Source: the human T2T-CHM13v2.0 reference genome, Homo sapiens
Length of the DNA: 64,000 bases
Assembly: GCF_009914755.1 (NCBI RefSeq)
Contig: NC_060934.1
Direction: 5' to 3' (one strand)
Shown here: positions 53,124 through 64,000 of the stretch, one piece after another
Layout of the letters: every line of letters begins with the position of its first letter
Numbering within the stretch: the stretch's first letter is position 1
Program-made: the position numbers and the translations under genes
The notes under the pieces: generated by a model
Told to the model about the DNA's origin: nothing
Database searches by the model: none
What the model saw: the letters and a program-made list of their open reading frames with translations, nothing else

Positions 53124-55439
53124 TGGTACTCTCCAGTCTGGTGTGGAGGAAGAGATGGAGGAGAAGCCTGGGTGCACGCCTGGGGCAGGATATGGACCCA
53201 GCATGGCCAGAAGAAGCAAGTCAAACTGAGGCCGTGGACCTGCAGGGCACATGAGTCGGGGGTGCTGAGGGGTGAAGCCATGGCCTTTTCTGAGAAGTCC
53301 ATGCAGATGCGTAAACCGGAGACTCATCCGGGGCGGCCCTGGGCACCCCCATCCCGAACAGGTCTCTTAGTATAGTTCATTGTCAGCGTGCAGTGGTTCA
53401 GAGCCTGCCTCTGACTGAGGCGGCTGCCCAGGGCCACAGGGCAAGGGGCGGGGGGGCGGGGACAGGACCCTGAGTCCTCATGAGGCCATGCTGAGTTGGT
53501 TGGCAGCACCCAGGGGAGTGACTGTGGAGGTCCCATCCCCATCTGGTCCTCAGGCAGGGGCAGCACAGCCTTCAGCCACAGCCCACTCCAAAGCCAGCAC
53601 CACGATCTCTAAAGCCTGGGACAGGAGGCCAGCCTCAGCCGCCACCGTGCCACCCGAGAACAGGAGCGAGGACCAACGTTCCCGGCTCTCATTCACACCC
53701 AGACAAAGGATGCTGGTGTTGACGGATGGAGCCACGGAGTGGGAGGAAGCTGTCTCAACAGATTTGGCCCTGCTGCAAACCCATCAGGAGGCTCTAAGCC
53801 GGTTTCAGGATGAGACAATACTGCGCCCCATTTCCTCCCCAAGGGCCTGGAGTGACTTCAGAGAATCAAATGCATGGTGAGTGGGTGGAGTAGGGGGAAC
53901 AGGGACCTTCCTGATAGCTGTTCAAGTCCAAGGAATGCTGAGCAGGAGAGATGTGGGGCAAATTTTTAGAGAGAATGTTTCTGAAGCGTGTGGTCATGAT
54001 GCCGCAACCCCTGAGTGACGGCGGGAGGCGTGATGGGTCTTAGATCCATACAGGTTCGACGGCCCCTCGGCAGTGCGGCCCCTCAGCAGTGGGGCCAAAG
54101 CGCCATTGCCGGCAGCCGGTCGGGAGGAGGGTGAAAGAGAAATCCTGGCTGCACACAGAAGGCACCAACTGTTTGCTCATCGCAGAGCAGGGCAGTGGTG
54201 CCCAGGAGGGCGGGGCATCGGATACTGAAACACGAGCAGGTTTCCGGCATCGAGACTGGGGCTGGAGACTTCAGGAAACCTCATTTTCTTCCCCAAACAT
54301 CCACCCTTTTCTTTAAAGTAGGCCAAAGGCCTCCGTTTCACGCTGTGTGAGCCAGGCGTGTCAAGCCACAGCGGTCGAGGCGGGTGTTTCTCAGGGCAGG
54401 CTTTAAAGGTGCTCGGGCCCTTCGGCCGGCGCCCTCTGCAGGCAGGGCAAAGGGTGGGGCCATGGGGTCCCTGCAAAGATCAGGCTAAGGCGACTCCACC
54501 GCACTGGAAGGGAAACTGAAGCCCTCCCAGGGTCACCTGCTGGACGGCAGCAGAGAACGTGGGAGACCCACATGGCCAGGAGGAGGGTGGCAACACCAAA
54601 AACGTAGTTTTGAGGGAGGACATGAAGCAGCAGTCAGCTGTGCAGAGTTTCTTCCTCAGAGTCTTGGGGATGAATCAGGACCGGCCAGTGGGGACAGCTG
54701 AGTATGTCTCAGGTCATCCACAGGGATGCTGTCCAGGCTGGTCCAGAATTGGCTCAGCCTCTCATCTCGCTAAAAATCCTCCAGTGGGGAGGGCACCAGG
54801 GGCTTGGGATGGAATCTTCCCATCAGAACAGCTTTCAGCCTAGGTGGTTGACGGAGTCTGGGGAGAGGTATGCAGGTAGCGATGCCCACTCAGCCTCACA
54901 AGTCACAGCAACGAGGCACTGCAATGAGTCACTGCAACGAGTCACTGCAAACTCCATCCCTTTTTTAGGACTTCAGCTCCTCATGAAATGGCTCAAGAAC
55001 CAGAATTTTAGAGACATTTTTTTCCCAGTGTGACTGTCTTGGAAAGCAGTTTCATGAACAAGCCTTTTTCTGGGCCCAGGACCCTCCCAGTGACCTGGTG
55101 GACAGAACCAGTTCTCTTTGGCCACCAGGCTGTCTCCTAAAGTAACTAGAGCCTGGGGACCTTGATACAGTCGCCTCGTTCCACAGCAGTCTGATAGCCA
55201 GTCACACCTGCACGACTCCCATGGAGCTGACAAATTGCTTTGGTCTGGGGATCCCCAGCCACTGAATACTGGCCATCTTTACCTGCATAGGAACCTGGTC
55301 CCTAGACACCCAGTCACCTTTGCTGGGCTTGACTTGCAGCCTCCACACCACAGCTACGTCCTGACTGCTGGGAGCAGGAGCCTGTTTTGTTCTCTTCACC
55401 AGCCATTTGTGTCTCCTGTTCCGTGGGATGCCTTTCCAT

Positions 55440-56080
55440 ATTCTCTGCTTTACTATTGATGTCTTTTTATCATGGTGTCAGAACGCTTTAATATAAGAGA
55501 TATTCACTTTTTGTTTAAAATTTTTGTTTAAATGTTGCAAAATGTACCAGAAGCAAATAATCGAAGGGGGAAATTTTGCACCTCATAAGACAAAGTCTGA
55601 TTCCCTTTATGGCTTTTAGATATCCCGTCTTATGGGAGAAGCTCTCTCCCATCCCAAGGGTATAGAATGCTATCTTTAGGTATCTTTTAATATTTTCACA
55701 CTTTACATCCAACTCTTCATTCTCGATGGGGTTTATTTTTATGCATGGTGCGATACAGGATTCTGGATCTTTCCTTCATCGCCCATCATGCCAGCACCTT
55801 CTGTTATACAAGCCCCCAGTTCCCGCTGAGCTGCCTGAAATTCCCCTGGAACTTGGACCCACTCCAGGCAGCTCTTCTTGCATGTTCCTGGGGCCAAAAC
55901 CATGCCGTCAGGATTCCATCGGCTCTGTTGGGATCTAAGTATCTGATAAGGTGTGATTCCTGGCTCACTGTTCTTTAGAAAACATTCTCAACTATTTTCA
56001 GACACTATTCCTCGATGTGAATTTAAATACTTCTTTTTATTTCAAAAAAGAAAATGGAAAACATCTCTTTAGAAATTCTA
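55440..56080 (-). mobile_element. Very old L1 (L1ME-like) ORF2 remnant
   Basis: T-rich stretch with degraded antisense L1 motifs (ccagcacc...tt, gatgtgaatttaa). Confidence 0.4.
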
Positions 56081-56358
56081 TTTAGGTGGCATCCCGTTCA
56101 CACATCCATAGGGGAAGGACTGAGGTTTTCATGACACTACCTCGTTCACCTGTGACCTCCCTGCATTTCTGCAGGTGTTGCTCTGTGTACACGCACCATC
56201 TGCAAATGCTTCTCCTCCACACAGACAAGCCTGCCGGTCTCAGCCTCCTTTCTTGAAGCTGCACCTGCTCAACTTTCCGCTCAGGTCTCACATCAAGGAT
56301 TTTGCTCTCCTGCACATTCACGGAGCCTTCCTTTGGGGGCGCCATTGCTTACGGCCCC

Positions 56359-56712
56359 TGGGATGGCTCACTTTATGTGTCAATTCGCCAAGGCCACAGT
56401 ACCCAGACATTTGGCCAAAGATTGTTCTAGCTGTTTCTGTGAAAGTACTTTCTAGGTGAGATTAACACTTAGATCAGTAGAGTTGGAGTAAAGCAGGTTA
56501 CCGTTTGGGACGTGGTGGATCTCAGCCAATCAGCTGAAGGCCTTCATAGAAAAAAGGCTGAGGTGCCTTGGAGAAGAGGGAGCTCTGCCAGAGGGTGGCC
56601 CTCGGCCTCGAGCTGCAACACCAGCCCCTCACTGGATCTCCAGCCTGCAAATCACCCTGCAGATTTCAGACCAGCAGCCTCCACAATCCTATGGCCAATC
56701 CTTAAAATAAGA
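56359..56712 (+). mobile_element. MLT2 (ERVL) LTR
   Basis: tttatgtgtcaa...tacccaga...ggtgagattaacac...gagtaaagcag...caatcagctgaaggcct...cctgcagatttcagac. Confidence 0.85.
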
Positions 56713-56835
56713 CTAATGAAATCCTTAAAATAAATGAAGAAAGAGAAAGGAACAGTGTCAGAGGAGGAGTAAATGAAGGTTAAATAAAAGCATTTGTTTT
56801 CATTATTTTTAATTGATCTAAAAGATAGCTGTTCA

Positions 56836-57137
<302 letters not shown>

Positions 57138-57329
57138 CGGCATAAAATAATAATAGCAACAATGTATTAAGTGATTATAACACATGGACAAGTAAAAAAA
57201 AATGAAAGTAAAGTATTGTCACAGAATGAGAGGGAGGAATTGAGAAGACCTTCTTATAAGTTGAAGGTGCCACGTGGAAAGGGATAATGGTGTTCTTTAA
57301 AGCTGAACTTAGATGAGTTAAAAATGTGT

Positions 57330-57640
57330 ATCCAGCATCCTTGGGGGCTTGGTTCTAGGACCCCCACAGATACCAATATCCAAAGATGCTCAAGTCCCGT
57401 ATTTAAAATGGTGTAGTATTTGATGTAACTCACACACGTCCTCCCATATTATGATATATAATACAATGTAAATGCTATGTAAATCACTGTTATAACGTAT
57501 TATTTAGGGAATGATAACAGGAAAGAGAAGCCTGTACATGGTGCAGGCATACCATCCTTTTTTCCTTTCTCTGAGTATTTTCAGTTGGTGGTTAGTTCAA
57601 TCCACATACCCGGGACCCACAGATGTGGAAGGCCTGCTCC
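57330..57640. mobile_element. MER2 (TcMar-Tigger) DNA transposon
   Basis: ttggttctaggacccc...gatgctcaagtccc...aaaatggtgtagtatttg...aatacaatgtaaatgctatgtaaat. Confidence 0.85.
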
Positions 57641-57970
57641 ATTGTAAACCCTGAAGCAATCACTAAAAAGTGGCTTAAAAAGAAGTATGATTGACATGTG
57701 AGCAGAAGAGATAAAACAGAATCATAGAAAATGCTCAATTAAAACCAGAGAAGACAGAAAAAGTTGGAGGGAAAAGGAGCAAAGGATAATCACAATATAA
57801 AAAAGTTGCAAACATGAATTCAACAATATCGATAATCACTTTGGATGCAAATGGTCTCAATATACCAATTATAAGACAGAAACGGTCAGAGTGCATAAAA
57901 CAAGTGAGACTAGAGTAGGTTGAAAGTAAAAGGATGGAGAGAGTTATTCCATGGAGCAGTAATTGAAAAA

Positions 57971-58226
57971 TCTCTAGATTCACCATCCAGGAACCCCCTT
58001 TGTCCTCCAGGGATCTCTAGAGTCACCGTCCAGGACCCCCCCTTGTCCTCCAGGGATCTCTAGATTCACCGTCCAGGACCCCCCCTTGTCCTCCAGGGAT
58101 CTCTAGAGTCACCGTCCAGGACACCCCTTGTCCTCCAGGGATCTCTAGATTCACCATCCAGGACCCCCCCTTGTCCTCCAGGGATCTCTAGATTCACCGT
58201 CCAGGACCCCCCCTTGTCCTCCAGGG
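57971..58226. repeat. Minisatellite, 43-bp unit, about 6 copies
   Basis: Unit ctctagattcaccgtccaggacccccccttgtcctccagggat. Confidence 0.96.
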
Positions 58227-58576
58227 TTACAATCCAAGGCCCCCAGTGGATGCCTGAAACCGAGAGTAGTGCTGAACCCTGTATATACTGTTTTTTGGGG
58301 TTTTTAGGGGGCGTGGGAGGATCTGGTAACCAAGATGGCTGCTGAGTGACTGACAGGTAGGGTAAATGACATGGGTACAATGGACATAGGGAGACTCACA
58401 TCCAGGAGGATGGGGAAGGACAGCATGAGATTTTGTCACGCTACCCAGAATGGCATGCAATGTTAAACTTATGAATTGCTTATTTTGGAAATTTCCATTT
58501 AATACTTGTATACCATGGTTGATTGTGGGTAACTGAAACCACAGAAAGTGAAATTGCACATAAGGGGTGACTACTG
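58202..58576 (-). mobile_element. MER44A-like (Tigger7) non-autonomous DNA transposon
   Basis: ccccagtggatgcctgaaacc...gggtaactgaaacc...ataaggggtgactactg followed by ta; right TIR and TA are clear, left TIR is degenerate. Confidence 0.85.
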
Positions 58577-58632
58577 TAATAATTTCAGATTCCTGGACTA
58601 GGAACATTATCAGGGATAAACAGGGTCATTCA

Positions 58633-58910
58633 GGCTGGGCACGGTGGCTCACATGTGTAATCCCAGCACTTTGGGAGGCCAAGGAGGGTAGATCACTTGA
58701 GGTCAGGAGTTCGAGACCAGCCTGGCCAACATGGTGAAATCCCATCTCAACTAAAAATACAAAAATTAGCCAGGCATGGTGGCGGGAACCTGTAATCCCA
58801 ACTACTCAGGAGGCTGAGGCAGGAGAATCACTTGAATCTGAGAGGCAGAGGTTGCAGCGAGCCGAGATGGCACCACTGCACTCCAGCCTGAGCGACAGAG
58901 CGAGACTCTA

Positions 58911-58941
<31 letters not shown>
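58633..58941 (+). mobile_element. AluSx
   Basis: gatcacttgaggtcaggagttcgagaccagcctggccaacatgg; long poly(A). Confidence 0.96.
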
Positions 58942-59924
58942 GTGGGGCATTCCAGAGAGTCTATTCCCCAGAAGACACAATAATCCTGACACCCAAGTGT
59001 CACCATCCATGAAGCAAACACTGGGAGAGCCGAAGGGAGAAGGAGGCAGCCACCGCTCAGGTGGAGATTTTAACACCACTCTCTCAGTAACTGACAGATC
59101 CAGCAGACTAGAAATCAGCAAAGATCAAGTTGAACTGAACAGCCCCATCCATCAAATGGATCTAATTGACATCTATTGAACACTCGATCCAGCAACAGCA
59201 GAATACACATTCTTCTCATACAGAAAGAAAAGCAAAAGCTGTTACTTTTCTATATGCCAACAATGAACAACTAGAATTTAACATTTATAAAACAATACCA
59301 TTTACAATAGCTCTGAAAACAGAAATATTTAAGTATATACTTAAGTAAGAAAATACCACATCATCTATATGCAGAAAACTAAAAATCACCAGTGAAGGAA
59401 GTCAAAGAAGGTCCAAATGAATGGAGAATATTTGTGGTTACAGATTGGATGTCTTAATAGTGTTAAGATGTCAGTTCTTCCCAACTTGATCTATAGGTTC
59501 AATGCAGTTCCAATCAAAATCACTGCAAGCCATTTTATAGATATTGACAAACTGATGCTAAAGTTTATGTAGAAAAGCAAAAGACCTAGAATAACCCATT
59601 CTAAAAAAGGACAAATTTGGAGGGCTCACTCTACCCAATTTCATGAGTTAGGATAAAGCTACAGTAATCAAGACAGCTGAATACCGGCAAAATAATAGAC
59701 ACATGGGTCAATGGAACGGAATACAGAGCCCCGTTATAGACTGACATAAATGTAGCCAACTGATATTTAACAAAATCGCAAAGGCAAGTCAAAGGGAAAA
59801 GGATAGTCCTTTCAGCAAATGGTGCTGAAACAACCGGATGCCCACATGCAAAAAGCAGAACCTACACACGGGCCTCACACCTTTCACAAAAAAATAAATA
59901 AGTAAAGAGTTCAAAATGAATTAC

Positions 59925-60248
<324 letters not shown>

Positions 60249-60705
60249 TGAATTACTTCTAATAGTTCCAGGGTTTCTTTAGGGAGTGATTGAAATGTTT
60301 TGAAATTAGTGATGATAGATGCACAAACTTGTGGATACACTAAAAAAAAAAACACTGAATTGTACATTTTAACAAAGTGAGTTTTATATTGTATTGCAAT
60401 GAGTTTTATATTATATGGCAATAAAATAAAATTAACTCAAAATAGTTAATACACATAAATGTAATGTGCACAACTATAAAACTTCTAGAGGAAAACATAA
60501 GAGAAAATCTCTGTGACCTTGGGTTTACTGATGAGTTTTTAGATACAACACCAAGAGCACAATTCATGAAAGAAAAAAAATTGATAAGTTGGACTTTATT
60601 AAAATTAATTTTTCTGCTCTGTGAAAGGCGCTGTTAAGAAAATGAGAAAAACAAGTCACTGACTGGAGGGAGATATTTGCAAAACAAATATGTGGTCAAG
60701 AACTT

Positions 60706-60805
60706 TGTGATAGTCAATTTTAACGTGTCTACTTGGCTGTGGCATGGGATGCCCACATGAACTATCATTGCTGGGTGTGCCCTTGAAGGTGATTCCAGAC
60801 TGTGC
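60706..60805 (+). mobile_element. MLT2 LTR 5' fragment
   Basis: tgtgatagtcaattttaacgtgtctacttggct...gggatgccca...ctgggtgtg...gaaggtg. Confidence 0.6.
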
Positions 60806-61053
60806 GGCTCCACAAGGCCAAGGGGGCTGGAGGGGCTGGCGGTGGCCACACCAGGGAGTGATGGGACAGGCAGGTAGCTGAAGCCTGATCACCGGACCTC
60901 AGGCTCAGCATCCTGGGCAGGTCTCTCTGGGCCAGGCTGGCCCATGACACCCACCACAACGGTGTTGGCAAGGACCAAACACAGTGTGTGCAAGAGGGCT
61001 TTGCCAATCGCCAAGAACTAAATAAATGCCGGGACTATTATTATTATTATTTC

Positions 61054-61195
61054 TTAGCAAATTAACTACCCATATTACATAATTGCAAAGTGCTTCTGAG
61101 CTAAGCAGATCAGGACAGCAACACTCATTAAAAATTCCAAGCGACTCCACATGATTTGCTGACCTTTGCATTCATTCTTGCCTTTTCTCTCCTCA
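61054..61195 (+). repeat. 142-bp segment duplicated at 62335-62476
   Basis: Ungapped match ttagcaaattaactacccatatt...gccttttct(c/g)tcctca. Confidence 0.95.
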
Positions 61196-61757
61196 TTAAA
61201 TCCTATTCCTGGAGCTGTTATTAGCTCCCCAGCCTCTCCCCTGATTAAATAATGACCCAGGATCACTCGCTTAGGTGTTTCCCATTTTCACTGCAGCTCT
61301 GGCCCCAGGCGCCCCCACCCTGGATGCGGTTGCACTTGTGGCCGATGCTGGCTGATTAGGCGAACATCACTAAATCACCCAGACTCCTATGCACAGAGTG
61401 TGCCTCTCACACCAATTATTAAAAGCTTGCAATTTTCGGGGGGTGCGGGGACTTCACATTTACAAATAATTAGGTTGGGATTCGATCTTCCCTGCAGTGA
61501 AAGGACACTAATGACTCCCATTCTGTCCAAATTCTCATCTTGAAGGTTGGGATGGTACGAGGAGTTCTTCCTGCTGACAGCAGAGAGGAAGCCCTTAGCA
61601 CAATTTCTTCTTTTGAATGGAACCAAGGCCACCTTGTTAGCTGGCACCTGAGCATCAAAACAAGTCTTTAAGATGTCCCAAAGAAACACCGATTCCCTAC
61701 AGCCCCGGCCCATGTTTTCTCAAACATTTACTGACTTAAATTAGAAATACGGGCTCT

Positions 61758-62198
<441 letters not shown>

Positions 62199-62623
62199 TC
62201 ATCAAAGAAGACACACAGACGGCCAATAAGCCCATGGAAAGATGCTCAACATCACAAATCATCCAGGAAATGCAAATCAAAACCACACTGAGATACGCCT
62301 CACATCTTGATGGCCACTACCAAGAAGACAGAAATTAGCAAATTAACTACCCATATTCCGTAATTGCAAAGTGCTTCTGGGCAGAGCAGATCAAGACAGC
62401 CACGCTCATTAAAAATTCCAAGCGACTCCACACGATTTGCTGACCCTCGCATTCATTCTTGCCTTTTCTGTCCTCAAGTGTTGGAAGGGATGTAGAGTAA
62501 TTGGAGCCCTGCACACTGCCGGTGGGGGTGCAAGACGGTGCTGCTGCTGTGGAAAATAGTGTAGCTGTACCTCACAAAATTAAAAACAGAATTTCCATAT
62601 GATCCAGCAAATCCACTCCTGGC

Positions 62624-62788
62624 TTAGCCAGGTGCGGTGGCATGCACCTGTAGTCCCAGCTACTCAGGAGGCTGAGACAGGAGAATCACTTTAACCTGGA
62701 AGGCGGACGTTGCAGTGAGCCAAGATTGTGCCATTGCACTCCAGCCTGGGCAACAAGAGCAAAACTCCGTCTCAAAGGAAAAAAAAAA
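62624..62788 (+). mobile_element. 5'-truncated AluS right arm
   Basis: Right monomer with an A tail; TSD aa(a/g)tccact(c/g)ctgg inside the L1. Confidence 0.9.
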
Positions 62789-63109
62789 GTCCACTGCTGG
62801 GTATATACCTGAAAGAACTGAAAGTAGAGGGTCTCACACAGATCTTTGCACACCCATGCTTACTGCAGCACCATTCACAACAGCCGGAAGGTGGAAGCCA
62901 CCGAGCCCATTGATGGATGTGACTGGATGAACCAAATGTGGTCTCTCCAGACAATGGAATATCATTCAGCCTTAAAAAGAAGGAGATCCTGACACATGCT
63001 ACAACCTGCACGAACCTGAAGACATTGTGGTGCGTGAAATAAGCCAGTCACGAAAGGACAAATACCGCATTATGCTACTCATGGAAGGAAACTGGAGTAC
63101 TTGAATTCA

Positions 63110-63553
<444 letters not shown>

Positions 63554-64000
63554 TTAATAGGGTTCTTTACCCATGGGAAACCTATGTGGACTCTTCAACT
63601 AAGGACTTTTTTACAAAAAATAGACTGATACAAGCAAAAGGACTTTGGAGCAGCCTTTGAGTCTTAAAACCTGGTAGGTGGGTTTTACTCCCCATGGAGG
63701 AGTTGAAAGTCTTGTCCTTGCTGAGGGAGAGCTGCCACTGCTCTGTCCAGGCCTTGGGAAGAGATTGCAGAGGTTTGTTGAAAAGCTGAGGGCAAACGGG
63801 GTCATGATTCACCAGTGGTTCATAATAAGAGTCGTCGTAAATTTCATCCTAAATCTACTTAAATGGAGATGAGGGGAAACTGATTCACGTGAAGAAGAAT
63901 CAAAGGGAAGGTCTGAGGAAAGGTGGTCTCGCCAACGCGGAGGTGGTGGTCGTACCTAGCCACCTGCCTCCCGCTGCCCTTCAAGGCAGCCCAATGCTCC

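Overview
This is primate genomic DNA (human or a close ape, judged from AluY, L1PA, LTR13 and LTR15-like elements), not microbial sequence. It is GC-rich and very minisatellite-dense, which is typical of distal or subtelomeric regions, but I cannot assign the chromosome or locus. I find no supportable protein-coding gene, tRNA, rRNA or CRISPR array. The long ORFs are translations of tandem repeats or decayed L1 ORF2. The window holds about 14 tandem arrays (10-88 bp units), about 12 Alu/FLAM/FRAM elements, several L1/HAL1 remnants, two solo ERV LTRs, MLT1/MLT2 LTRs, and MER2 and MER44 DNA transposons. I see no new gene system. The most notable signals are structural. (1) Three short, dispersed local duplications: two have microhomology-like junctions, one of these sits inside an L1, and the third seems to preserve a pre-L1-insertion empty site. 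(2) Three VNTRs that arose inside or at the edge of old transposons (L1MD 3'UTR, HAL1, MER44 TIR junction). (3) VNTRs that repeat a single TF motif (CACGTG, CCAAT, TGGAAA, AGATAG). (4) An in-register L1PA/L1PB chimera. (5) An intact CTCF motif in LTR13. (6) A candidate non-coding exon. Repeat subfamily names come from my recall of consensus sequences and need RepeatMasker/Dfam confirmation. Boundaries of old elements are approximate.
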